Assembly (NCBI GenBank): GCA_051294905.1 | Contig: CM119371.1 | Location: 31,622,001-31,686,000, forward strand | DNA: 64,000 nt | Reading direction: 5' to 3' | Origin: Botryllus schlosseri | Taxonomy: Eukaryota | In this document: positions 36,701 through 50,639 of the stretch, one piece after another | Position numbering within the stretch: the first letter of the stretch is position 1 | Layout: every line of letters starts with the position of its first letter | Notes under the pieces: model-generated | What the model saw: only the letters and a program-made list of their open reading frames with translations | Told to the model about the DNA's origin: nothing | Databases searched by the model: none | Translations under genes and position numbers: made by a program

Positions 36701-37495
36701 TAAGCGTGAAGTGACTTGTGCCAATAACAGTCTCGAAATCGTTATCCGTGGGTGTTAGTTGCTAATTTACAATCCCCGATGAATCATAATCAGGAAAAGT
36801 CCCAGTGACCACAATCGGGTGTTTTTAATTTGTCGTTCGGTATCAATGGAAGTTTGCGCGTTCATATCTTCAGATCTAGAAGCGTGATGAAATAAGGTTT
36901 GCTAGGCAAGACTGCGTAACCAATCGTTCCAACTACTTTTGAGTTCTCCAGGAAATCGTATTCAATATGTGACATTATTTGAACACTTTGACTCTGTTGC
37001 GTTTACGATTTTTGAATTTACGAATTTGTCGATGCTTTCTGCTGAAATACTGCAGCTGCACTCTAAGGAAGACATGGGAGTAGTTGATTTAACTGGCGCC
37101 AGTGACCGTTTTTACTTCAAGCTACAATTGAATCATTTTTTGATGCTGTATATTCACATACGTCGTGTTTGTCGCACTTTTTCTCGATCGGTATGTTCGG
37201 TAACGGCTCATCGGTGCAGTAGAACCTGTAACGCGAATATAACTGCATGTTATTGCGTTCGCAGCTTAATTAGTTGGCGGTACGCGCGCAATGCAATGAT
37301 ACCCGGTTTCATGTAATGTTCTTTGAACAAGTTGCACCTGCTTAAAGAGGTCGCAATCGTCAAAGTCCTGCTGATTCTGAACTAATGAATTTGATATAAT
37401 CAACTGAAAGCGTGGACCGTAAAGTGGCGACATCGCCCCATATGGTGGCTAATTTGAGTGACGGCAGAGAAACACAGTGTTGAACCATTTTACAT

Positions 37496-37800
37496 TAGGG
37501 TTACCATATTTTGGAAACGTGGAAAGATGACACTTATTCAAAATTTTCAGACTTGCAATACCGGAGGCAAATCCTGAATAAATGATAAATTTTAATCACT
37601 TCGTAGTCGGTTGACTGAAAAAAGAAGGGCAACTTTCTGGCGATCCCGAAATAGCCATCGAAGCGTTAGTTCAGTGCTGATTTACTGTATGTCAGTTGAA
37701 TTCTGCCCTATTTTCACCAAAATTATCAAAAACAGGAGATTTGGGCGTCCTCCGAGGACACTTTAATGAAAGTCAAAAACGAAGACGTATGGTAACCCTA
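37496..37800. mobile_element. hAT-type MITE with TAGGGTTACCATA ends; same family as 35151-35490
   Basis: TIR TAGGGTTACCATA...TATGGTAACCCTA. TSD ttttacat/ttatacat. Confidence 0.85.
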
Positions 37801-37837
37801 TTATACATGACAAGCTACTTAAGTATATGGTTTAAAC

Positions 37838-38496
37838 CAGTGGCTGTCAACCGGTGGTCCGCGAGGCATTTTCAGGGGGTCAGAGAAACCTCTGAATTTG
37901 AATCGTGACTGAAAACCAATTTGTAACTTTTTTAAATTAGGGAAATCACGCTGCAGTTTCGCAACCAACTGCGAATGCTTCAGTAAGAAGATCAACAGAA
38001 TGGCGGTCTGAGATCAAATATCCTACCTTGTAAACTGATTTTAATTGTCAAATTGCAAACAGCCTACTGATACAAACATATCGCTATTTAAAAATATTTT
38101 GTTGAGGTTTGTTGGAACTTGGGTTTTCTAGTCTGTCGGAAAAAAGGGATTACACCTGATCACGGAATCCATTTCTCCTGCTATATACATAACAACTATT
38201 CCAGAATATATTGAGGATGAGCTGCTATATAGAAATGACTAGTCTGGACGTGATGACTTCATTGAAAAATATGTTTCTCAATTTAGTTGCCATATATGTT
38301 GCGATGGTGCTCAAAGGTGAATGATCAGAACGATCATTTTGTTGCTATTCATCACTTGCACTGAGTTGATATTTGCACAAGACAGAAGACTGTTGCACGA
38401 GAATTGAGCTAAATTTGAACAAAAACTTGAAGGGGTCCGCGGGGTCCGTCACTGTTCAGAAGGAGTTCGTGAAGACATAAAGGTGTAGAACCACTA
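37838..38496. mobile_element. Older hAT-type MITE
   Basis: CAGTGGCTGTCAACC...AGAACCACTA ends, with gtttaaac-like flanks on both sides. Confidence 0.55.
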
Positions 38497-38796
38497 TGTT
38501 TTAAACCTAATTGAATACGATCAAGTAGAAGGGTAACTTTGCTGATGACCTTTAGACTGTTTAGCGGTGAGTTGGAAAAGTTTGTTGTAAGTTTGTTGTA
38601 AGATTGTTGGCTGAGCCTTCATCATCCTCACTCTGTTTGTATCCACACGGTTTGCTGGCTATAGGCAAAAGAGTGTGTTCCGGATCTGACCTGGTGCGGA
38701 AACGCTGCAGTACCCTCTTCACAGGTTATGGTCGAAAAATGATTTACTGCTTTCTACACAGGATTATAATCAATCTGTTACAGCGTCATTACTCAC

Positions 38797-38904
38797 CTTG
38801 ATTTACATCCTCGTTCATCAGCGAAGTTGTCACACAGGCCCTCCCCGTCGCACATATTTTCACGTACAAGTATGAAAGATTTTCCCGTTACGATGTGGTC
38901 ACAC
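38797..38904 (-). CDS. LDLa-repeat exon
   Basis: AG|..CDHIVTGKSFILVRENMCDGEGLCDNFADERGCKS..|GTGAGT. Confidence 0.75.
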
Positions 38905-40244
38905 CTTCAGAATAAATGCGGTAAGTAGATTACGTGTTTTTATAATTTAAGGTTGTCACTTCGAATACCATTCAGTCGTGCGTGTGTTTGAGTGACATCT
39001 TGAAATGTGTTGTATTAAGGATTTCAGTGAAAAAAATATAGTTGTTCCGATGCAGCAGATTGATATATTCTATTTGAATCACTGAACCTAATCCCTAATA
39101 ATAATCATACCTCTCTAATACAACCCTGTTCTACCTAACGTGTATTATTAGTCAATCAAATGATGATAACCGTCATTGTCATGCAAATGAGTCAACTGTT
39201 AGCCTACTCATTTTACCAACATTTACATCGCTCAGATCACCGATATGGCTGAGGTGATTGTGATTAGGCGCACTAATCATCAATTCTTAAACGAGTGGAT
39301 ATTGAAGGATGTGACGAGAATGCTATGTCAATAAAATTGGCATGTAGTCACGGTGCTAATATTGTTATTGACCAACCGACCAATCTATTTATTCTCCAGG
39401 TATAGCCTACACATTCCTATCCAATACTTAGCATACAGCATATTCATTGTTGGCGAGGTCTTTAGAGTTGGGAGGCAGACTTCCTTTCAATCAGATTTGC
39501 AAATAAATAAAACGGTAATGGTTAGATGATTCAATCGATGGCTTGTTAAATATAACAGTAGCACTCTGCACACGCAGGCAACGTAAGATATACCCACAAT
39601 TGAAAATAGAGACGGAAATACATTACAATTACGTCAGTTAAAGAGGGTTATTGTTAATAAATACCTTTTCGCCGTCGCAACATCTCACACTGCAATGCCC
39701 TGCACAGTTAATCTGTAGCTGGAAAAACATTGCTTGCCTGCGTTTCGATTCTTAAATTTTTGAGTAAAATGGTTGAGGCAGTTTAATTTGCACCTCACCT
39801 TATATTGTATCGCCGCGCTGCCATTGCATGTTACAAACCAGATTTAAAATCTATTTTGCGAATTGGCGGGGGTTCTGGTGACCTGACATGGTTATTATTT
39901 CTGTTTTCAGAACTAGCGCATAATAATATTAGCCTAACAACAGCTATCATAACTTCTGAGCCGTTTTTGATAAATTGCGCTTTCACAGGTGAGGCGTGGA
40001 TCGTCTGCGCCTAACCTCTCCTTTAGCCGGTATCTTTGAATGATCAATATGCGAGCCGCACAATTTTGGGTGATAAATATGTCCATGACTACCAACAGAA
40101 GATTAGCAATTATCATAGAAAGTCTTTACACTTTTGCTTTTAGGCCTGAAACAAGCGATACACCGCCTCGCATGCCACACCTGACCGCACGGCTATGTTG
40201 CTAATGTACATTCATTATGGATGATTTCTTGAATGATACTAACC

Positions 40245-40408
40245 ACGGGTCGTCCGGAGTGAAGAAGACCCAGTAACTGCCGTCTTCGAAAGGATTGATC
40301 ATATCGATAAATCTGCAGTACTCTGGTTTCGCATCACAGTTGTAGTCACATTCTTCTACCAAGAAATCATCGCATTCAACGACCCCATCACACTTCGTGG
40401 CGTCTGAA
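40245..40408 (-). CDS. LDLa-like exon
   Basis: SDATKCDGVVECDDFLVEECDYNCDAKPEYCRF..., preceded by a (TC)n pyrimidine tract. Boundaries approximate. Confidence 0.65.
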
Positions 40409-40810
40409 CATAGAGAGAGAGAGAGGGGGGATAAATAGTTTCATATGGATTTAAAAACAATTAAACCTGGGCACGTTACCCAATAAATAATTGCAATATT
40501 TCAGGTAGCACGAGGAACTGTGTGATGAATAACCATACAAAAACAGGGTCCGGAGACAAATGTTACACAATTTCCAATACAGTGTACCATTATACAATTT
40601 ACACTTTAAATGAAACAAGCTACGCCGAACTCACATTTCCCGACAGGTGACTTGCATTCATAGTTTAATTCTTTGACCTGTTGAGACCAACTGCTCGGTG
40701 ACTCTGAAATAAAATCACCTAGTCGGTCGTCATAGCAATATCCCGTCCTACGACCGTTGACAGATCAAATTGTGTAGCATTATTGAACTTCAAAACTGTA
40801 TCGTCTAGCG

Positions 40811-41119
40811 CAGTCGTGCTCAGACGGTTTTAGACACGCCCCCCTTTATGATAGTGAAGAATTTCGCGCCACCATTTTATCGTGATATCACAGAATATCG
40901 AAAAGAGCAATCAGAATGCTAGCAATCCTAACCGATCGTTTGATGACATTGAATGTTATGGCTGTTGATGAGAGAATTGTCAAATATTCAATTCGGACAA
41001 TATACAGAGCAATAAGCATGAGCTGTAGGTAAATTTTCAGTGAACTGCGGCTTCACGCGCCCCTTCAGATGCTTTAACGCCCCAAAAGGGGGTGCTCCTC
41101 CCTAGTTTGAGAACCACTG
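40811..41119. mobile_element. hAT-type MITE; family of 11158-11390 and 35771-36066
   Basis: Ends TTTGAGAACCACTG. Internal sequence is reverse-similar to 35771-36066. Confidence 0.7.
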
Positions 41120-42342
41120 TTCGAGAAAGGTGAAAGTTACTTCCCAACATCATAGTACAAAGCAGACGTGTCTGACAGACATATATTGGGTTGAGTCTAC
41201 GGTTGTGTTCAATTTAAAAAAAAACATGTTTAAAACAAGGCCCTTTGATTGAAATATGTTTTCATTATGTTTTTCCAAGCCATGACGTCACGCATATTCA
41301 GTTGTGGCCTCATAGTGGATTGATATTCATATTTGCAAATATAGGGTAACTATAGCTCTTTTGACGAAATAGGCTTCCAACTCCTGTCAAATACGGACGA
41401 ACTATATCAGGGGTCACCAACACGCGGCCCGTGGGCCGCATGCGGCCCGCGAGGTCATATTTTGTGGCCCGCATCCTGATTTGGAGAAATTTTGGAAGAA
41501 CGCTCAGTGAACCATTTCGAAATGTCGAAATTGATTTCAGTTTAAACATATTGTTGTTGTTGTTCAAAGTAAGCCATTCTACTGTGTCCATTATCCCTTT
41601 TTCTTCGGTTCGGCGTGGTAATATCATTCTGTGGAGGAATAAATATCATGCGGCCGACGACACTCAGTTCAATTAGGATGTGTTGGCGGCTGTGAATATT
41701 ACGCAGATAGAATTTACGAATTGACTCCCTAATTAATGAAAGGTTTGAATTATTCTTGAAATTTTCTTCGCGCTAGGCGCGCTTCAATGCGAGCTGATTT
41801 TGGATTTTAATACAGCAGTGTCCCTTGTAATCTGAGTCCCACAATACAGATGCGAACAGCAGATAAAAATGATACGCCCCATAAATTAATATCAATTCTT
41901 AATCGTGTTCTCCTCATCCCGAATTAATTTTTTTTTCTGGTATGCCTGCGTTTGGACGAATCGAATATATTTCCAATATAACGACAATTGTAATGGGAGG
42001 TCAAGAAATAACTTCATGCAAAATATAGGGGACTAATGAGGATTGGCCCACCCAAAGATGCACCACAGCATTAATAACTTCTCCAAGTTTTTGAAGATAC
42101 CCTTGCATAAACTCTACCAGTGAATCTGGTCACATGGGCCGAGAAAGAATGAATACAATTGTATGTAGCACTGTATAGACTGAAGAACGTTGCTGTCGGG
42201 AGTAGCGTTTGAGACTGATTCTAATCAACCCTAATACACGAAGAAGGCTTTTACTGACTATTTGAATAGTTTTCAGAGGCAAAACTATCGCAACGAAAAT
42301 GTTACATCGTACCTCAAAGATTATCACATAAATACCTGTGAT

Positions 42343-42784
42343 TAGGGTTGCATTTCAAACAAAATGTGTTTTAAAACGCTTTGTTTAAAACAGGTTTTAA
42401 ACAGTGCTTTAGACAAGAGCATTTAAAAAATGTTTTCTTTTCAAGTTGTAAAATTATGCCATAATTGTGAAAATATTTTCCAAAAAAACATGTTGTACGA
42501 GCCTACGGACGATTAGCACCGGTTATAGCCGACGTATATCGATATGGGATTGTTGGAACCCACAAAATAGTCGGTTCAACAACAATAGTACATATATTTC
42601 ATTAACGAAGTCTCAAATACCCTTTATTTTCAATTGTCAATGTCAATCCAATATGACGTCACAATTAGATATTCGTGACCTCACGGCTAAAAAACACACT
42701 ATAACAATAAAAAACAAGTTTGAGCAAGGGCATTGTTTTAAACATGTGTGTTTCAAATTGTTTTTTGTTTTAAATGCAACCCTA
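42343..42784. mobile_element. hAT-type MITE
   Basis: TIR TAGGGTTGCATTT...AAATGCAACCCTA. Perfect TSD CCTGTGAT. Confidence 0.9.
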
Positions 42785-45159
42785 CCTGTGATCGCTCTGT
42801 CGTACAAAACCTGTTGACTCAATAGGATACAAGATGGAATCGCGCTCGCAGACATATGAGTGAAACTTGCAATGGAACGTGGTTAACTATATTGCACAGC
42901 ACTGTGACTAGTCTATCGCGTTGTACATTGTGCGCCCTTATAGCTTTTAAAGCACGGCTGTCGGACAGCGTTAACTGGGCATCGGCACAAATGAAGCGAA
43001 ATACGTAATGCGGACATTCGAGAGGGTTCGCCGGGATTCGAATCATAGTTTCGAGCCTTTTTTTACTCAACACCACAGAAGTATCGTAAAGAATTGGAGA
43101 TTCGGGATTCGAGTCGAAGTGATGTGATGACGATTTTTTATTCAACGCAACAAGATCTCCAGTAAATATTGCAAAATCAGCTGTTTATAATTTCGGTACC
43201 TAACTTTTATGTCTTTAAAGTGCCTTCTTAACTGGACTCCGAAATATGGTGACTGTACTTTACTGTTACTCGTTTTTTTTTACTGATTTCACAAGGGAAA
43301 ACGCTGCTAGGCAGTTATCCAGTCCAATCCAATGGTATCCATGCGTCGTCTCTCTTGATATATATATGCTTACGTCTTCGTTGTTGACTTCAGACGGCCA
43401 AGAAATATCGAACCTGCGTCCGACGAACTACCGCTGGTGAGAGACTTATTTTGTTTCGTTCATTATTGCATTCTCAATGTACGGGATTACTAGTATCTTA
43501 CGGAGTGGAGTTAGGTAGGCCTAATACAGGCAGTCAATATGTAAAATTGTCATTGAGCTCCGGTACATGTCGAAGTTGAGGTTTACTAAAGTTCTTAGGT
43601 TGGACATATCACTAGTTGCATAAGATTAATAGTCTCAACGAGAAGAAGAATGAACTCGTAGTACCGGGATAGATAGGTACGGTATCGGCATCTACATATG
43701 ATGAAAAGTCATTTACACCTATAGCCTACTTGCTGAATTGTATTGATCTTAATGCTCGCATATCAATCAGTTACCTATATATAGCAATCACGGACGTTAG
43801 CTTTGCGTGACTGAAGAACTTCGTAGTTCTACGGATTCATATGTGGAGCAGTGAAGCAGCATCCAATAGACATGGAGTGTGTTCAATTGGCATCCTAGTG
43901 GCTATAACTACAAAGCGACTGCTTTCGGAATTGGTGCTTCTACCCTCAAGCAAATATGCACCTAAACCGATATTCTGTTGAAAGATATGTATAAACTTAA
44001 ACTCTTAAAGAGACCCGGAATGGCATAAACCCTGTGAATATAACTAATCCCATGCATAATTAATTACGTTTTCCTGGACAATTGGTTTCATCTTCGCCGT
44101 TCGGACAATCTATCCTGTAAAAATACGAATCAAACATGTAACATATAAACGTACATGGTAGGGTTGCTGCTAATGCTCAAACAGTTGTGATATTTGTGAT
44201 AACGAATAATGTGACAATTCCATACTAATGTAAAATACCAAATCCAGAGATCTATGAACATGAATACAGGTGTTACAATAAATGACTAATCACATCGGAC
44301 TTCATTGCAACTTTGAAAATGAAATATTCTCAAATAAGGACATATTTTCACCCCGCCACCCTCTGGTATAAGCTCGAGGTTTTTGGTAGGTTCTAATTGG
44401 ATAGGTATCGCCATTTACTCTCTCCGATTACGATTATTCAAAAATGCTGTAATCGTCGTAAACGAATACGTTTAAAATGAAGATTACGCCTAGTCTACTT
44501 CATATGTAGATGGAGGGAACATTGGTGTTGCAGAACATCGCCAGCAATCCGGTTGTCGATGGGATATATTATGGTGTAACGAACAGATGACCTAACAATT
44601 TTTAGTATTGCGAGAATGCTAAAAGTTAACGTGTTGACATAACTATATGTCAATGATACCATGAACATAGCAGAGACCAACATATTAACGTATTATAACA
44701 TGAACGGACATTAACTTGCGTATTACAAATCCTGTGTCGATTCACTAAAGACGTATGTGTACCATATCTTGTTGCAATACCATAACAAGACATTGGTTCG
44801 TGACCCCATACTGTATTTAGATCGATCTAGAATAGAACATTTCGCCGATGAAATTTTCTTAGAAAATATCATTGATTGCTCGACAAGTTCAGTTCCTGAG
44901 AGCATGCAGCTCGGGTCTTTTCCTTCCTGGCATATTGGTGCTACTGATTTTCATCAAACAATGTAGCTGTGTTTGGTAATCATACGGGTAAATGTGGATG
45001 TTCAATTGTTCAGTACAAGCACCTACTGGTGGTCGCACACCCTTGATGCATCTATAAACGTCTTAGTTGCGTTCCGCCCAACAGTGCATTCAATTGAAGA
45101 CAGCTGAGGCTTCCCCGTGTCTGCATTTGAATTGTAATTAGCACTATTAAAACAATTCG

Positions 45160-45427
45160 AGAGTGAATCTTACCCCAAAGGACATTTTCACAAATATCAG
45201 GCCGAACGGCTGGCGAGCAGAGGCACTCGTCGGTGAGGTCCCTGCAGTCAAATACTCCGTTACAATACTTGGAAATCGGCAACACCATAAATGTATCGAT
45301 CAAGCATTGAAAACATTTGTCATCCGAACGATCTGGTGTTAAATGACAGATGTTAGGAAATTTATCAAATTCAATGCATGTTTCACTTACGCTTCCTGCT
45401 CTTAGGACAAAGGCACTCATCAATGTC
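45160..45427 (-). CDS. Two LDLa exons: mini-exon ~45391-45427 (IDECLCPK) and ~45160-45348
   Basis: CAG|acattgatgagtgcctttgt...|GTAAGT, then KCFQCLIDTFMVLPISKYCNGVFDCRDLTDECLCSPAVRPDICENV. Paralogous to 28471-28728. Confidence 0.75.
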
Positions 45428-45959
45428 TGCGAAAGCAACCATATAATCGTGTTATTTATAACCAATTGACATTTCAAGAGCGGGGTACAAATTTATAACA
45501 ATGCTAAGCAATGAAGAGCTTACGTTTTAACGATAGAGAACTTCCATTTCCATGAAATTTCCAGATACTAATGAATATGGCTAGGCCAAGTCCAGTAGCT
45601 GAATGATCAGATATCGAATCGACTATCAATCTAAAATATTAAATAACTTGAAACATGTTTTGTGCCTCGCGACATTTAACTCCAAGAATAAGGAATACAC
45701 TCCATGTAGTTCGACATCGAATTGCATTTTTTCATAGTATAGCCTTCCATGTCACGAAACTATTGACGGGTATTTCTTTTGTTCATTTCTCCTGATTTGA
45801 CGATCAGCAAGGACGGTAAATGTTTCACCATCGTCAAGGGATGGGCGTGTTAACAAATCTGGGAAACACTGTTAAAACTAATCTATATTCCACGGCTACC
45901 ACGGGGGATGATATTAGCAAAACAAGAATCCATCCAATGATACCATAAACTGCCCTTAC

Positions 45960-46200
45960 CGTCGTCACAAAACGAAAAGCCATCACATATATGTGACTCA
46001 GGTAGCATGCACTGATTCCCCCGTCGATGACATATTCTGCCCGAATAATTTGTCTTTTCCGGTTGCTTGAATTCGTCGCTCCCGTCTCTGAGCAAATAAT
46101 ATTGAAAGTAGCTTGGAATAAGTAGGCTACCTGTGTTGATTTTCCGGGAAGGCGTCCGTATATACATGTTATAGGTAGAGCTTGCTGTGTACTTCTTCCA
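45960..46200 (-). CDS. LDLa-like exon
   Basis: LLRDGSDEFKQPEKTNYSGRICHRRGNQCMLPESHICDGFSFCDD|GTAAG. The 5' boundary is approximate. Confidence 0.7.
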
Positions 46201-46348
46201 ATGTACGTAATTATTTTCACGAGCTATATTACGTCACTATAGTATCATCTTTTCATTGGACAGCATGTGATGCAGACTTATATGAATCATGTGTACACAG
46301 CTTTTCAAACATAGCGGCCTACATTAGCCATCGCTGTATAATGTAGAC

Positions 46349-47152
46349 CAGGGGTGTCCAACATACGGCCTGCCAGACGGTTTCTTCCGGCCCACGAACG
46401 AATTTTAAGTTGATTTAAAAATGCGAATATTTTCGAACACATTTCTGAAAAATGATGGGATTTTTATTAAGAAATACTTCCAGTAAATAATTTCTCACGA
46501 CACAAAATAGCGAGTATATTCATAGGCCACATTATAACCATCCAAAAGCGGCGTTGCGGTTTCAGTCTAGTCACCGTTAGGAAAAAGTCGCTCACATTGA
46601 CACCCAATTTTGAGAAGACAAAAAAGTGAACACGGAGTTCAGAATTTTATGGAAAACTGACCCAAAACTAGTTATTCACAGAAGCGAAAACGCCAACGCG
46701 AAACCACGATATTCTGGTTACATGGAGAATATAATAATTACACAGAAATAAAATTCAAATATCTGTGGTCAGCTGTTGTATTCCTGACGACGTGCACTCC
46801 GGTGTGACGCCAGTATACGACTAAAACAAAGGGAGCCATGACAACTTATATCATCGTCCGAGCCACTGTTATGCCGTTTATAACTGTATTCAACCGCGTC
46901 TTCAAATTATTGCGTATTCCATTGTTTGCGAAGGACGGTGTTGCTGGAGTAGGCGCAGAACCCCTATGATCCGTCATATAATGCGACATACTATTGTATG
47001 TATACTGTATAGGTTTGATAATAAAGTATTCAAATGAAAAACGAGGGCATGGTTTTTGAGGTAACATTTAGGAATCATTTGACTTGCGCGGCCCGTGAGC
47101 AATCCGAATGTCTGCTTCCGGCCCGCGACGCAAGTTGAGTTTTACACCCCTG
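46349..47152. mobile_element. Non-autonomous hAT (Charlie/Buster-like)
   Basis: CAGGGGTGT...ACACCCCTG ends. TSD atgtagac/atgtagag. Confidence 0.88.
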
Positions 47153-47744
47153 ATGTAGAGGATTTTTTGAGGTTATTTCAGTGGTAACAGAAGCAAACAC
47201 CGGTTATAGGCTACCTCTGAGACGCCTGTCACAAACGAAAATGTTGGGCACGAAGGTTGTTGCTATATTGACATGTGGCATACTCACGCAAAAGTTTGAC
47301 GAACGTTTTGTGCTAGAAAACTGATATAATCCATTCGTATCTTTCAATTTCAAAACCCTTCGAGAGTCTCCCACCATGAACATGGCCATGATTTTCTATA
47401 GCATTCGCATCAAATGTTTATAAATACCGCCCTTCCAAATAAACATTTTCTATAGCGAGCACAAATGAAGTAAAAATGTATTATTTTCCTATTGGGGAAA
47501 GCGGGCCTATTCTGATGGCCCAGGGCCCGGCCCAAAATATAAAGAAATGATTTGGGCAAACGCGTGATTGGCAAAAACACCGATTTTAAACTGATATATG
47601 CAGGCGCGTGTCTTTAATGAGCACATTATGGATAGAACATTCCATAAATTAAATAAAATTGAAATTAAAATGAAAACAAATGACTATACTTTTGAAAGCA
47701 TTTGCAGGATTGGCGTTGTTGATAATAGGAGTCTTATTACATAC

Positions 47745-47835
47745 TCGCACTCAACTTTTCCATTGCAATACTGACTTTGCAGAAGACACATCCTCCCATT
47801 TGCGCAGGGAAATTCGTTCACCCAACACGAGAAAC
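47745..47835 (-). CDS. 91-nt LDLa exon (paralog of 33707-33797)
   Basis: CAG|..FSCWVNEFPCANGRMCLLQSQYCNGKVEC..|GTATGT. Confidence 0.8.
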
Positions 47836-48512
47836 CTGAGCATGGCGATCCGAAATATTAAAATGATAAAACATGTAATAATTCTATTAACTCAATAGAA
47901 ACCCAATGTTTTATCATGATATTCATTATACATATCATGTACTGGCGATCCTTTTATTTGATTAATAGTCACGGCATTTTATTCCATGTTTCCAGCACTT
48001 ACGGAGTTTTTTGCGGTTTAACGTGGAGTCTTTAGCTGTCATGAGCACATGAGCATATTGAGATCGTAAAGTGGCCCATTTCCAATCCAACTATCGCACG
48101 TGACGCTATGCTTGAAAGTCGTCGATTAATATCATATTACATATCCGGTTTGCAGCATTTTGCATCAAAACGGTAGTCAGACATTCATGCTGAGACAATA
48201 ATTGAATTAAAATAAGTTCAACTTGAACCATGCAGATCTCTTGAACATGATATGGATTGAGTGTTTGCTCGATTGGTTATCGTTCTGTGCGTGATAGTCG
48301 CGCATAATGTAACACACAGTTAATATATGTGGGTTTTACAATGTAGCCAATATAAAGCCTTGATTTGGTAGTAACCATTTTCCATATTCACAATTTTTAA
48401 TTGGAACATGATTACATTTGCTGACAATATATTTGTAGGGCATATTCTGACGCAAACCATGAAATGGGTATACATAACATGCATTGGATACTGACTGGAG
48501 AACAATCCAGAC

Positions 48513-49573
48513 CAGGGGTCACCAACGCGGTGCCCGCGGGCCCCAGGTAGCCCGCGAGGACCTGATGAGTAGCCCGCAAGCCTGTTCTAAAATATATCGA
48601 ATAGCAGCATTTACCAATATTCGTCAGATTATTACCAGTGAGCTTTTAAATATAAAGATTGATTCATTTAGCTATTCTTGTTTAAATCACAATAACATAT
48701 AATTTGTAAATGCCAATACATATATATAAACACTTAAAATGATGATATCAAATATTCGGAATTACAATTAGTAATATACCAACATGTAATATAATCATCA
48801 AATATCGATGACGTAGCATACGGTGAACTGCCTACAGGCGACACGACGGAATGCCATCCACGGTCTTCTTGCCAAAGTAGTAAATAACATTACTATTCGG
48901 TAGTAGATATCCGTAAAGTAGCGTACTAGCAGATTTTCAGTATCTTTATGCCCATTACTAATTGCATCTTTTGACACAGCTTATTTCTCTTTCACTCAAC
49001 GCAGTTTAGTGACATGTTTCTAACTTTCCGTAATCGCTGCTTCTGTCCGGTATAGGGATATCCGTCATGTCTGGATACTGAACAGTTGGAGATTGAAATT
49101 GTAATACTGCATAATGACCTCCACCTCAAAGCCCACAGGGCTGCAGCAAACTTTTTGTGCCTTTCTGACACGGAAAAGTACAGTGGTGTATGCGCAGCAG
49201 CTATGAAAGTTGCAAGCGTGTTTGGTTCAACTTATCTTTGTGAATCAGCCTTTTCGGACATGAACTTCTTTAAAAACAAACATAGAACACGCATCACTAA
49301 TGCACATATGGAATACGCACTCAGAGTTGCAGTGTCAAGTTACATACCAGAGTACATCACACTAGTTTATAGCATGCAATGCCAGGCTTCCCACTGACTG
49401 ATATAGAAACAGATAACAAGATGTCCAGTCTTGTCTTACCGCAATATGATTCCTGTTTAGTGCTATGAATATCAAAGCGGAAATTCAGTATGGTACTGGT
49501 AAACGGCGGGAGTAAATGGTAGCCCGTCGCTTCAATCAGTGGCACTTGGTTGAAAAAAGGTTGGTGGTCCCTG
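48513..49573 (+). mobile_element. Deleted hAT (Charlie/Buster) element retaining the transposase dimerization domain (49086-49397)
   Basis: CAGGGGTCACCAAC...GTTGGTGGTCCCTG ends. Perfect TSD ATCCAGAC. FGSTYLCESAFSDMNFFKNKHRTR...QCQASH. Confidence 0.93.
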
Positions 49574-50419
49574 ATCCAGACCATGACAAAATTTAATGGG
49601 CATGCTGAACTACTGAAGACTGCCGAATTAATCTCATAAACCTAAAACGGACACGTTGATACCTTGTACGCAAAGCCTCAATAATACATCGTTATATAAT
49701 GATTTAGGACTACATTCATAATTACGATTTCACATCATAGTTTCTGGAATATTGTTGCGATTCAGATTTTTTTCCCCCGATATCAAAGTCCACTATGCTT
49801 GATATTAACTGGTTCAAAATATTTTTCAAAACTACTTATACGCTCCGTAATTGTGTAATTGGGCGAACTTGACCATCTCAAAGAGCAATGCTGTTGATTA
49901 CACCAGTGATGAGCATTGGGCGGATTCGGAAATTACTAGGACCGGATTTTGCACAATTTGAGACAGTCGGATCGGAATCGAACTCTATTGAAAATTTTGT
50001 TTTGGATACCATTGAAAAATTGCAACTTTGCTTCGGATATTTTTAGATGGTTTTGACCACACGTGAGTTTTAGTTTCAAGTGATAAGAACATTCTTCAGC
50101 TCGACAACCAAAACGGACAGTGTACCCCTTATGATAAGACTGGTAGCACTCTAAAGTTGGTCTGTCAAAGCTCCGAAAAATATAAATCAGTCAACTCTAG
50201 GGTTAGCTTTTGTAAAGGGTACGCCCTAACTGTATTTTAGCTCAGCGTTACAATTGGGATTCGTCGGAAAAGTAATTCTATTCTGATTTTCCGGATTCTG
50301 ATCGAGATTTTACGGATTCGGGTGGCTATATTGATTAGATTGTTCGGATTCGGACGGATGGCTCCTCAGAGACTCGAGCTGTCGGATGGATTAAGATTCT
50401 CAAAATCAATATCTGCTTT

Positions 50420-50617
50420 TCAATTGTTTACACCAGGCCGACATTCTTTATCATAACTGCGTAGCTGCGGAATTCTGGAATTTTCCAAGACACCGCTTCC
50501 ACGGAAAGGATGTGTTGAGGAGAAACTTAGATGGACCTCCAACACTTGGGAAAGGATTCAGGAGTCGAACCCACACCCTGTTGCCGTTGCCGTTGTGGAT
50601 ACCACTACGCTATCTTG
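50420..50617 (-). mobile_element. tRNA-derived SINE copy
   Basis: Minus-strand A box TAGCGTAGTGG and B box GGTTCGACTCC. Body shared with the other copies. Confidence 0.7.
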
Positions 50618-50639
50618 CGACTTCTAGGTCAATATAAGA

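Noticed and set aside
41408..41480. Complete hAT element starting CAGGGGTCACCAAC
   Set aside because: Only the left end is recognizable; I found no matching right end or TSD.
50560..50617. tRNA gene
   Set aside because: A and B boxes are present but no cloverleaf is evident, and the sequence is attached to a dispersed SINE body.
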